64,000 nt of DNA from positions 278,504,001 to 278,568,000 of the forward strand of contig OZ024740.1 in assembly GCA_964016885.1 (NCBI GenBank), written 5' to 3'. The DNA comes from Eledone cirrhosa (taxonomy: Eukaryota). This document shows positions 1-13,380 of this stretch, in pieces. A program made the translations under genes and the position numbers. How positions within the stretch are numbered: position 1 is the stretch's first letter; each line of letters opens with the position of its first letter. The notes beneath the pieces are model-generated. The model worked only from the letters and a program-made list of their open reading frames with translations, had not been told where the DNA came from and made no database searches.

Positions 1-210
1 ACATCGATGGTTCGTTTTTGTCTTGAACCGTTTCTGTTTCACCTTTGAAAAGAGGGTATTAGCCCTGAAATATCATGTTGAAATATAAACATTATTTGTC
101 ATCCTTTACCCTTTAAACATTTTGACCGCATTGTAACGTCTTTTTGAAAGCTATTAGTCTTTATGACATATCTCACAATGCTTCGTATTAGCTCTACTAC
201 TATACGTGTG

Positions 211-332
<122 letters not shown>

Positions 333-1403
333 GAAAAGAGAGGTTTGAAAAACAAAGCTAGTCATAGGCCATCCAGTAGTATATATACATATATACGATT
401 GTGAATATATGTGTGTATTTACATGTTTGTGTAAATACTCATGAGAGAGGGTTACACCTACTTGAAAACTGCGATGTTTGTAGTCTCACTTTCTTTTTAT
501 TTATTGCTAGCTAATCGGCTTCGAAAGTTTAGAGTTGTTCTTGTGATACACAAATGTTTATCACTATGAAATCTGATGTGCAGGCACAATTTACGCAATT
601 TTGTTTTAAACGCTAACCCCACCCAGCGGAAATAATGGTACTAACACCTTGAAGCAACATACAGATGGCAGGCATTTGTTGGGGCGGTCGATGTATCACG
701 TATGAAGATTTTTATTCAGCAATAATAAAATAACGCCATCTCTGTAGTTTTATCACTCAGGAGTAGTATTGGAAAAAACATCACAAATCTTTGGTTGCCG
801 AAGCTGTTTCCTATGTTGAAACGTTGTCTGTGTCTGTTAGTAGCTGGAGCCTCGGTCTTGCTATATTGCTGTATGTATTTGTCATCATGAGAGCCCTTAG
901 GAATGTATATATATATATATATATAAATAAAAATAGACAAGGGTTAAAATGTCCTCTTCAGTAGTCTTCTGATTTATCGTTGGTATTTCGGCGCATTAAA
1001 GACTATATACCTAAAATCAGTGCGAGCGATAACTCAATTAAGTTATCGAGACAGTGGGAAAACGGGGGGAAGAAAACAAACACATGGTGGTATGCAACGA
1101 AAAGAGAGGAAAATTAGAGACAAGTCAATGAATCACGTGCGAATAAGCCCGACATATCAAATTGACGAGAAGAAATAGACACGTCCGAGCTGCGAGAAGA
1201 TTGAGAGAGGAAAGAAATTCAAGCAGGTCAGACGGGAGGAAGTGAGAGGGGGGGGAGAAGCAGAGAGGAAGCGAGTGAATATATATATATATATATATAT
1301 TATATGGATACATACACACACACACGGACACACACGTTTATATATAACATACATATATATATATATACACACACGTACACGTATATATATATATACATAT
1401 ATA

Positions 1404-1836
<433 letters not shown>

Positions 1837-1839
<3 letters not shown>

Positions 1840-2249
1840 CGTTTCTGAATTTGTTTACCAAGATTCTTTATCTGAAATCGTGTGTTGAAACCGATATTGT
1901 TATACTTTGGGAGGGTCATGTTGCCAATAAAAAACACATGCAGCAGTTGCTTTCACTTCAATTTATTATAATAAATTTATAATAAATTTATAAATTTATA
2001 AATTTCTGGTTGGTTGGTTGGTTCTACAACCAGATAGTTGTTTATATATTGTCATAGTTCTTTCGTCACACACTCTGTGACCTCTTCAGTGACTGGGGAT
2101 TCCTTTCTTTGTTTCTGTGCCTCTCCTTTGTTCTGTCCTACGCAGAAATTTATAAATTTATAAATTTATTATAAATTTATTATAATAAATTGAAGTGAAA
2201 GCAACTGGTGCGTGTGTTTCTTATTGGCAACATGACCCTCCCAAAGTAT

Positions 2250-2257
<8 letters not shown>
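1837..2257 (-). mobile_element. PLE pLTR fragment with inverted end copy (family of 31081-31664 and 51862-52155)
   Basis: Inverted arms about 1895-2007 and 2143-2257; matches 31415-31664; minus-strand HHR at 2051-2093. Confidence 0.7.
2051..2093 (-). ncRNA. Minimal type I hammerhead ribozyme
   Basis: Minus strand: gtca-CTGAAGA-g-gtcaca..tgtgac-GAAA-gaac-TA-tgac. Confidence 0.65.
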
Positions 2258-2325
<68 letters not shown>

Positions 2326-2347
2326 GTTTATGTATATATAAGTGTAC

Positions 2348-2397
<50 letters not shown>

Positions 2398-2645
2398 GAA
2401 TGTATGTATATATTTAGATGTGTATGTGTCTGTGTGTTCCTATGTTTGTGTGTCGGTGTATGTGTGTGTTACAATATGAAGTTATGTATAAAGTAAATTC
2501 AATTTTAGATGCCGAAAGGAAATCTTTTTGAAACAAATATATCTTGTTTTTTCTATATAAAAACGAATTTCTCTTGAGAGACTTTTTTTTTGTTCCTACA
2601 TTTACATTATATGCGTGTGTATCTGTTTTATATTTTTCTTCACTA

Positions 2646-2678
<33 letters not shown>

Positions 2679-2874
2679 GTGTTTGTGTGTGTATGTGTAT
2701 GTATGTGTGAGCGTGTCTGTGGCTGTGTATCTGTCTGTGTATGTGTGTGTGTGTGTGCGTCAGTCTGTGTCTGCGTGTGTGTCTTTGTCTTTGTCTGTGT
2801 GTGCGTGTATGTGTGTGTGTTTGTGTGTGTATGTGTATGTATGTGTGAGCGTGTCTGTGGCTGTGTATCTGTCT

Positions 2875-2916
<42 letters not shown>

Positions 2917-3744
2917 CAGTCTGTGTCTGCGTGTGTGTCTTTGTGCATCTTTGTCTTTGCCTGTGTGTGTGTGTGCGTGTGTGTGTGTGTGAAGGGGGGG
3001 GTGTCTGTGTCTGTGTCTGTGTCTGTGTATATTGTTTTCTTTTTCTATCTTACTGTCAGATACACTTTGTGAAACTTTAGATACTTTCTACGGCATACAA
3101 TCTTCCGAATAGTGAGATTTATCAAATGTTTCTTCTTATTTCATTATGTTGTAATTTCTTAGAATTTGCTCTGTATTTGTATATATATATATATTTTTTT
3201 TTATATCTTATTTTCTCGATGTAATCTGATTGTTTATAGCCATGTCCAAGTCCCAGAATGATTTTATTACATTTATGGTACATTTATGGCTTATATCCGT
3301 AACATCTTTCAGCAGCACATTACCATCACAATTTTAAGCATCTCATTACATTACATAATTGTGTCAGTTCTAATATTCATTCAGGCTCAGACATTTACGT
3401 TCCGTATTTATACCTAACCTAATCGAAAAGGCACCGAATTATATATCATCACCAAAGGGCTTTACCGCGATGAAAAATGCAAAACATTCAACGACTCAAT
3501 TAATTCAGTAGCAAATACGTAATTTGAATAGGTACATCTCACTGTTTCAAGCCGTGAATGCGGTCTATAACTAACAATTGCTCAGCTATTATCGTTCGTT
3601 TCGTTTTGATTTTTATAGAGATGGGATACGCTACGCTGACATCCTTCACGTACGAGTGTCGGTTGAAACGTTCTTAGCCTGACTATAAAGGATTGATGCT
3701 AGAGCTGTGAAATCTGACATGCATTCAAACTCTTCTTATTAATT

Positions 3745-3935
3745 AATTGTTTCTACTTTTGGCACAAGGCCAGCAATTATCCCAGTGTATTACTGGTACT
3801 TTATTTTATCGACCCCGTAAGGATGAAAGGCAAAGTTAACCTCGGCGGGATTTGAACTCAGAATGGCAAGGGCCGTAACTCTATGCTGCAAAGCATGGCG
3901 TCCGACCCTCTACTGATACTGCCAATCCAGCACCC
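3745..3935 (-). mobile_element. tRNA-derived SINE family 1 (MetaSINE-like core)
   Basis: A box TGGCAGTATCAG, B box GAGTTCAAATCC, core GCCTTTCATCCTTACGGGGTCGATAAAATAAAGTACCAG; TSD cttattaattaat; the flanking repeat recurs without the SINE at about 6030-6210. Confidence 0.85.
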
Positions 3936-4152
3936 TTATTAATTAATAACTGTATTCTTTCCTTTTAGGGACTTTGTTGAAAAATAAACCTCATTTGGTC
4001 ATTCCATGAGAGTATCTTGGTCAGCCTATGAACATTTCAGTCAAAATCTCGTACACTATATAAGAACATAATTTTCAATAATGCACGTAGAAACTTAACG
4101 ATCTATAATATTAAGCAGTTCACTTTTAGCACTCTATATGTCTGTTAATAGA

Positions 4153-4222
4153 TTGATATCAAAGACAAATACATATCGACATCAATAGATTGATGTCGAT
4201 ATGTATTTGTCTTTGATATCAA
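4153..4222. repeat. Perfect 34-bp-arm palindrome
   Basis: ttgatatcaaagacaaatacatatcgacatcaat-ag-reverse complement. Confidence 0.9.
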
Positions 4223-4253
4223 GTTGAAGATTTATCAATTGATTATCTTATAT

Positions 4254-4441
4254 AATTGTTTCTACTTTAGGCACAAGGCCAGCAATTACCCAGTGCATTA
4301 CTGGTACTTTATTTTATCGACCCCGTAAGGATGAAAGGCAAAGTCAACCTCGGCGGGATTTGAACTCAGATCGTAAAGGGACGTAACTATGCTGGAAAGC
4401 ATGGCGTCCGACCCTCTACCGATACTGCCAATCCACCGCCT
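4254..4441 (-). mobile_element. tRNA-derived SINE family 1
   Basis: Near-identical to 3745-3935 and 26492-26684. Confidence 0.85.
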
Positions 4442-4514
4442 TCATTGATGTGTATTAATGTGTAGCTGGTATCCGTTTATGTGTAACTGTTTCGTTGTAT
4501 ACTTTAAATCAGTT

Positions 4515-4579
<65 letters not shown>

Positions 4580-4620
4580 CCTAAGAATGTATATATGTGT
4601 GCGCGTGTATGCGTGCGTGC

Positions 4621-4656
<36 letters not shown>

Positions 4657-4944
4657 CAAGGACGAATGTTTACGCCTTCATTACGTTTATTGCGTGTGTT
4701 TCGATATTGATCAGCTCAAGGTTCGATCCCTATCGAGCTGGTCCGACTCTGGAATCAAAAGGTCGTCGGACCTCGATACTGATGTGAACCTAAACATCGC
4801 GTTCTCACCTGGGTGAACCTACTGTAACTTCGCGTTAAACTCCCTGGATATATATGAATATATATATTTATATGACAGTCGATCGACTTTCGTCAAATCG
4901 GACCGTGGAAACGATGTTTCCGTTGGTCTTTCCCATTGCTAATA

Positions 4945-5072
4945 CTGGTAGAAGGAGCAACGTGAAATAAAGTGTCTTGCTCAAGGACATAACACATCAC
5001 CCGGTCCAGGAATCGAACTCACAACCTCACGATTTTGAATCCAGTTCTCTTACCACTCAGCCACGCGCCTTC

Positions 5073-5074
<2 letters not shown>
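4945..5074 (-). mobile_element. tRNA-derived SINE family 2 (5' part)
   Basis: Minus strand GTGAAGGCGCGTGGCTGAGTGG..GAGTTCGATTCC..GTCCTTGAGCAAGACACTTTATTTCACG; matches 47683-47978. Confidence 0.75.
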
Positions 5075-5277
<203 letters not shown>

Positions 5278-5939
5278 TGTGTGTGTGTGTATACATGTGT
5301 GTATATTAATATGTATGCATATTTGATGTTGTTGATTTTACTGTTGGTGCTACTGTGATTATATTTTGTTGAAAATTGTTATCATGACAATGTTGATAAC
5401 GATGATTTCAATGTACTTGTTTAAGTACACGACTCTTTTGTGTCACTAACAAATTGCACGCTAATTCTTTTTCTACTGGAACGTTTTCTTTTCATCTCTT
5501 TAGGTGTTATCTTGTCTGTTTTGATTATAGAGTTATGGAGAGGAAATCATACTTAATGATTAGAACATTACAGACATTAAACAGCTAAAATATATTCAGA
5601 TATATGGCAAAAGAAAAATCGATATTAGCAGATGACATATCTATTTTTATTTTATTTTATCGAGAAACATATTTTTGTGAAGGCTCCTCAACGAAACATA
5701 GCCGCTCTGTAACTTGCTTAAGTATTAGCGGCTAAAATGAAGTAACTTGTGCTTGCCGATGAAAACAAATTAACATTATTCATCGATTTATGATATTCTT
5801 GTTTGTTGTTCGTTTATTTTTCTACAGCCGTCATTCACAGTCGAGTATGACTTAGTATTATGTACCATGCTTTCGCTAAGTGTTTAAGTGCGTTGCTTCC
5901 CTTGCTTTAGCAGAATATCCAGTATGGGGTAGTTGAGCT

Positions 5940-6022
5940 GATAAATTCTTTATTCGTTCAGAAAAGATGAAAGGCAAAGTGGGTACCGGTGGGATTTGAA
6001 CTCAGAGAACAGAGAGCCGGGA
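5940..6022 (-). mobile_element. Old partial SINE family 1
   Basis: GATGAAAGGCAAAGT..GGGATTTGAACTCAGA. Confidence 0.55.
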
Positions 6023-7203
6023 CATACAACGGTTAGTTGAAACGTTCATTGGCTAACTATGAAGGAGTGATGCTAGAGCTGTGAAATCTTGCGTGCATTA
6101 ATTTCAACTCTTCTTGCTAATAACTGTTTCTTTCTAGGTACTATGTTGAAAAATAACCTTCATTTGGTCATTCCGTGAGAGTATCTTGGTCAGCCTATGA
6201 ACTTTTCAGCCGACACTTGTATAGCCAACACACCAACGACAGCAAGTATATGATTAAATATGTTAGTTCTGTTAATGAAATATAAATAGTTAACTTCCCT
6301 ATGTACAATCTGTCTGCTATAAACAGTTGACGGGATGTGTATTTTATGAATATTTCTTTACTGTGTGTTGCTAACATTCAAGAATTCTTGATGACTCTTC
6401 ACAAAAGTAGAAATTCTTGTGTCACCAGCGGTTATTTTTTATTTAATTGTTTTGGGTTTTTTTTGGGGGGGGGGGCATTTATAAACACTGCCTCATTGAA
6501 AAGCAGCTTGCTATAAAGCAATTTCTTTACAGAGATGCTATCTACGATTTTCTGTAGAGCTATACAATTGATATTTTCTCCCTACTTTTGCTCCATTGGG
6601 ATTCGTCAAAATTTTATTTCGTCGTAAAAGCGTTGTACGTGGATCCTTAATTTGATACATATCAGAAGATAAAAATTCCATCTCTTTCTTTTTACTCTCT
6701 TATACCCTCGCTTTCCTCTCTCTATCTCTCTCTTTATCTACTTCTCACTAGCTTTCTCTATCTACCTATCTAACACTCTCTCTTTCTTGTCAGTTAGTGA
6801 TTCATATGTAACAAGAATTCAATGAAAAATTAGAACACAATCCAAGCATGCACACTGTTATATAAATGTGTGCTGTGATGCCTGGGTGTAATGCTATATA
6901 TATATATGCGTACTTGTTTGTGGGGGGGGTACAGAATAATATATCAATAAAATATTGTCAGCACAGTAATAAAACAGTGTTTATCCCTTGAATCAAAAAT
7001 ATATTATCAAAACATCAAATACTCTATTTTGTTCATCCTTTATATATATATATGTGTGTGTGTGTGTACACGCACACACATACATACATATATATATATA
7101 TATGTGTATGTGTGTGTACACACACACACATACACATATCTAGATTAAGGGATATATCAAGGAAATTTGCTAATTTATCATTATTCTCGAATTCTATTAG
7201 CAT

Positions 7204-8430
7204 TAGAATTCGAGAATAATGATAATTTAGCAAATTTCCTTGATATATCCCTTGATGTAGATACCGGCCTATATTACCCATCTCATAAGGATAATGAGAA
7301 CCTAAATTACGTTAACTTTAAATCTAACCACCCGCATAATGTTAAAACTGCTATAGTCAGAAGTGTAGAAAAAAGAATTTCTAATTTATCCTCTAATAAA
7401 GATATCTTCGAAGCTAATGCCAACTATTATAATAATGCGTTATCTAGGGCTGAATATCCAGACAAAATTAGATACACTAAGGAAACTAATCTTGGCAGAA
7501 CTTATAGTAATGTAGCTAGTAATAATCATACCACTAACAAAAGGAGGAGACCTAGGTATAAAATATCCTTTGGTACAACGCTCCCTTCTCCCTTTCAGTT
7601 ATTAATAATATCCCTAAATTATTTTTTCGGGCTTAAGATAACAGCTTCCCTCCTTCACATATATATAGTAACATTTTCAATAAGCATACTATTAAATTCT
7701 CATATTCCACTACTTCCAACATTTCAAAAATTATCTCAAGACATAATTCTAAAATAGTAAATAATAACTCATATGCATCCAACCATGAGAGTCATAATAA
7801 TAACACTATAAGGCCCGACGTCAATGTAAACTCTAGTCAAAATAACACAAGTATAAATACGACGTCAATTGTAACTTTGAGGAATGCTTCAAATAGTAAT
7901 GTAAATCTGGAAACTTTAGCAGCTCCTTTAGCTAATTCCACCACTCCAGTTCCTAATATAATTAATCCTGGGCCACTTGCAAATAACTCTGTTAATAATC
8001 TTAATCGTAAATGCAACTGCCCTATTAGAACTAATTGTCCTCTTAGTAATTGCTGTCTCGATAAAAACCAAATATACGAATGTAAAGTGCTAACTAGTAC
8101 CAATACCTATACCTACATTGGCTCTACTTCTACCTCTTTTAAAGCAAGACTCTATAATCATTCTTCTACATTTAAATATCCACTTAAAAGGACCAACGCC
8201 GCACTCTCAGAACTTATTTGGTCCTTAAAAGACAAAAACATTAACTACGAAATTTCTTGGCGTAAAATCTGCAACGCTTCTCCATACTCCAATGCTTCCA
8301 TATCTCGTGTTTGTAATTTATGTCTAGCTGAAAAATTTACCATTATCTCGAATTTTAACTCTATAATACAGATTTATTTGGTCTTTGTAATCATAAATCC
8401 TTCAAGACCTTCCACAAAGTATATAGCTAA
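7204..8430 (+). pseudogene. Frameshifted PLE RT C-terminus plus GIY-YIG endonuclease
   Basis: ORFs 7167-7757 and 7877-8440 are in different frames and homologous to 39753-42072. Confidence 0.85.
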
Positions 8431-9234
8431 TGTCCTATAACATATTCCACGAATAACGGTTACTTTCTTACACATATATTTTTTTACACATATATTTTTT
8501 CACATATTTTTTTCACAAATATTTCATTATATTCTACAATGTATTAATTCAGTTTTCTCAGCATATTTTAAGCCTTTCAACTTTTTTCTCTATAGCCTTA
8601 AATTTTCGTTCAAATCTTCGTAGATTCTGTAAACAAACTATGACGTCATATGTTTTTCTACGTTTATAAATCATTCTAGCAATTTCCTTTATTTACTTGT
8701 TGATATAAAATAATAATTAAATATATAGATTTTTAATAGAAATTTTTAATTTAGACATAGATAGACTATTCTTATTTTTATTTTTTTATTCTATCTTATT
8801 TTATTTTATTTTATTTTATTTTTAAAAACTTTTTTTATAATTATTTTAATTTATTTTATTTTATTTTATTTTATTTTACACTTCTTAATCCAAGTTTTAA
8901 TATTTAAACCCAATATAAAATAATATACCCAGTTTCTATATTTTAGACCTCTAATATTTGAATACCATCTATAATATTCGCACATACACCTCATCAATTT
9001 ATTTTTTAGCCGTTATTTACAGCTGTTTTCATTTTGACAGCGTTCCTGATAAAACGTCTTCTCTTTCTCTTTCTCTCTCTTCCTTCTTTCTTTTTTTTTC
9101 TTTTTTTCCTTCTTCTTTCCTTTTCTTCATTTTTCCTATTTTTCTCTTACTCTTATATTTTTGTCTGGACACTTATGTAGACTGTACACTTTCTTATTGA
9201 CAAGTGTTTTTTTAGGCCTCAAATCATGTTACAT

Positions 9235-9304
9235 TATTTTATCTGATGAGAACACAATTTTTGTCCCAGGATGATATTGTTTTCGAAATGCGCATAATAA
9301 AATA
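9235..9304 (+). ncRNA. Type I hammerhead ribozyme with palindromic stem III
   Basis: tattttat-CTGATGA-gaacacaat..attgttttc-GAAA-tgcgca-TA-ataaaata; overlaps AATAAA. Confidence 0.85.
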
Positions 9305-9337
9305 TATGGAACTTTTTTAACCATCTTTTAATTTCTT

Positions 9338-9371
<34 letters not shown>

Positions 9372-9374
<3 letters not shown>

Positions 9375-9841
9375 TATTATGATTGGTGCTCTGAAATAGC
9401 GATGTATACATGAATGTATGTATAGTATATTTGGCAATATACCGTATGTTTAATTAAGAACATTTAGAAGACCATACGCTATCAGTTTTAAAGTAGTGAC
9501 TATGTCACTTACTTCTTTTTGGCGAAAGAAGGGAGAGAAGCTGACAGTCTGTTTCACGCTGATTGGCGTTCGTCAGAGCCATGTACTCCCCTGATTTCGC
9601 CGAAAATTATAAAAGCTGGATTCTTATAGAATTCCAGTAATAATCAGGCGCTGATTATACAGAGCGATTGCCGGTCCAACAAAGATTAAAAATTAGGATT
9701 GGTGCTCTGAAATAGCGATGTATACATGAATGTATGTATAGTGTATTTAGCAATATACTGTGGACAGTCTAAATGTTTTTAATTAAACATACGTATATTC
9801 AAGTATACATCGCTATTTCAGAGCACCAATCCTAATACCTA
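9372..9841 (-). mobile_element. Retrozyme-like non-coding element: 316-bp unit, about 1.3 tandem copies, inverted end
   Basis: gattggtgctctgaaatagcg at 9381 and 9697; inverted copy at about 9780-9841; HHR 9540-9579; homologous to 52642-53083. Confidence 0.75.
9540..9579 (-). ncRNA. Canonical type I hammerhead ribozyme
   Basis: Minus strand: gct-CTGACGA-acgc-caatca-gcgt-GAAA-cagactg-TC-agc. Confidence 0.9.
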
Positions 9842-9846
9842 CTTTT

Positions 9847-9951
<105 letters not shown>

Positions 9952-9964
9952 GTGTATATATATA

Positions 9965-10008
<44 letters not shown>

Positions 10009-10193
10009 GATAAATCTACCAAGAGTTTACGGTAGTGTCCAATCCGTATGAAGAACTCAATGTATTCCGGATATCATGGAAAGAAGAGATGTAATGAAAA
10101 ACCACTTTCGGTGAAAGATAAACGGTATACAGAGTCAAGATAAAATATTAAACAAATAATGAATAAACAATTCCTTATATTAAACAAAAAAAG

Positions 10194-10348
10194 TTCATTA
10201 TTTAACGATCGTTTCTAGGATATATATGTGTTAGAATTGGTATGCATATTCAACAGATCTATGTACAAAATTATACAAAATTATACAAATTATCAAGATT
10301 AAATATACATACCAAACACATATATACGCCGTCTTCAGAAATAATGAA
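10194..10348 (-). ncRNA. Type I hammerhead ribozyme with 116-nt stem II domain
   Basis: Reverse complement of 16290-16444. Confidence 0.8.
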
Positions 10349-10999
10349 GTATATTTATTGATAATAACAACAATTCAAAATTTCAGTTCCGTTTGGGAAC
10401 AAAATTGACCAATGAAAACACAAAGGGTTAAATGCAGTTCGGTGTGTGTATATACATGTAAAACCCTTACACATATTTTACAAAAATGTATGTATAATTT
10501 GTATACGCATACTAAAAGGATGGATGCAAATACAAAATTTCAAGGTTAATGTCTCTGTAAGTTTATAATGCGCAGATAAGATGCGTATTGACACTTATGA
10601 AGTTAAGTATATAAATATATTTTTTCATACTCACACATATCCGTACAATCACACATACACGCGCGTATATGCATAAATATACACATAACCACGAACATAC
10701 AAACACACACACACCCCCACTCACATTTATATATGTGGATATAAAATCATAAGCACATGGATATTAATTCACTCACATAAAACACTGGCACACACATTTT
10801 TAGATCAAGATACAGAAATTAGGTGGGAGGGGGGGGGAGGGGTCAGTATTCAACGGTCTGAGCAGACTGCCTAATATAAATGTATCTATAAACTAAGAAA
10901 AATAAAAAAATAAAATATAATAAATAAAACATTAAAGAGGAAAGAATAGAAAGAAAAACAGAAAAAAGAAAAAAGAAAAAAGAAAAAAGAAATATATCA

Positions 11000-11032
11000 A
11001 GAAAATAAATATATATATATATACACATATAT

Positions 11033-11073
<41 letters not shown>

Positions 11074-11269
11074 TATATATATATATATAAAAACATACAT
11101 ATATATACACATAGACACACACACATCCATACATAAATATACACACATATATAAACACATACATACATATACACACATCCACACTAAGAACATACATATA
11201 CACACATATATAAACATATACATATACACACATACATACATATAGACATATACATACAAATACACATAC

Positions 11270-11314
<45 letters not shown>

Positions 11315-11692
11315 CATATATATGTACATACACGTACATATACACACACATATACATATAATCACACATACTATATAGACACAGATATATATAACCACAC
11401 ACATACATGCACATATACAACACTTACATACTAATATACATACAGATATACACATACATAGCTATATATACACACAAATATATACAGACTTACATATATA
11501 CATACAGACAAATACTTACGCATCTATATATCGGTATATACATACAAACACCACTACACTATCACACAACTTAGAAATACAAAGAGAAAGGTATATACCT
11601 ATACACACATACATATACAAATAGAAAAACATATAGATATATATATATATATATATACATACACACACATATACATATACATATATATATAT

Positions 11693-11735
<43 letters not shown>

Positions 11736-11972
11736 AAATACACATACACACACATACAGATATATACACATACATACATGTACACACACATAGAAATATT
11801 TACGCATACACACATACACACATACATATAAAGTCATACACACACATACACCTACACGAACATACACATACACATATATAAAGATATATATATACTCACA
11901 CACACACGCAACACATACACACATACACATATATATAAAAAATAAATAATAAAGATATATACATATATATAT

Positions 11973-12021
<49 letters not shown>

Positions 12022-12096
12022 CACCTAAATATACATATACATACATACACACATACATAGACATACATGTACATACATATACGTACATCGATATAC

Positions 12097-12127
<31 letters not shown>

Positions 12128-12708
12128 GACATATACATACATACACACACAACTTACATACACACATATATATACATGCATATTCATACATAGAATTAGA
12201 TATATAATCATACATACATATGCACTTACTTATACTCATATATACAAATACATACGCATCCATATATGCGTATATACATAAAAAACCACTACAACCTCAC
12301 CTAACTCAGACATACAAATAAAAATAATAATAAAAAGGCATATGTATATACATACACACACGCATTAATAGAGATATATATATACACACATACATATACA
12401 TATATATATATATATATATATACACATACATATATATATATATACACACATACACTCATACATATATATATATATATATATATACATAGATACCCACACA
12501 CTCATACCACCATAAATACACATACAAACACCCACATATACATATATATACACACGTATATATATATATATATATACACACACATAAAAAACAGACATGC
12601 ACATATATATATATTTTTTTACACTTACATATACACTTATTATATACACATACACAACCTCACTTATACACACATACACATAAGTTATATTATAATAATA
12701 AAAAATAA

Positions 12709-12742
<34 letters not shown>

Positions 12743-12833
12743 CATACATACATATATATATATATATACATATAAACATATACATACATATATACACACA
12801 TACGAATATAGACATATATTCACACATAGACAC

Positions 12834-12872
<39 letters not shown>

Positions 12873-13380
12873 TACATATACACAGACACATATACACACT
12901 CACATATATATATGTGTGTGTGCACACACACATATATACACACATACACATATATACACATAAACACATATATGTGCATACATGCACACACCCACACATA
13001 TATCACATAGATACGAAGATAGACATATAAATAGAGAGACATACATATATATACAACACACATACACACACATACATGCACACGCATATACATATACATA
13101 TATATATACATATATATATTCCTATATATACATATATACATATATATACACATATATACACATACATACACATATACGTACACACATTCACATACACATA
13201 CATATATACATGCATATATACATATATATACATACATACACACACTCATATATACACACACAAACTTACATTCATATTTGCATGCGCATATATGTATTTT
13301 TATATTTAGATATAAATACCCAAACCTATATAGACACCTACCTACATATATATTCATACATAGACGCTTACAAATACAGA
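11000..13380. repeat. Degenerate (CA/TA) cryptic microsatellite inside the PLE 3' region
   Basis: About 2.4 kb of mixed ACAT/ATAT/ACAC. Confidence 0.9.

Larger units (their letters stand above)
7139..9340 (+). mobile_element. 5'-truncated Naiad-type PLE with 5' foldback inversion and 3' HHR
   Basis: RT thumb (NFLDISL, SNHP, RISNLSS), CNCPIRTNCPL linker, GIY-YIG (QIY..YIGST, CNLC); hairpin 7139-7262; HHR 9235-9304; ends in (TA)n. Confidence 0.9.

Noticed and set aside
4690-4945. Hammerhead-like pieces (CTGATCA..GAAA; GAAA-gtcgatcgac, the latter also near 51320)
   Set aside because: A complete core with stems I-III could not be assembled.
5480-5560. Splice-acceptor-like sites (also near 3968, 6138, 60348) suggesting a host gene
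   Set aside because: No consistent exon chain or open frame; such motifs are common in AT-rich DNA.
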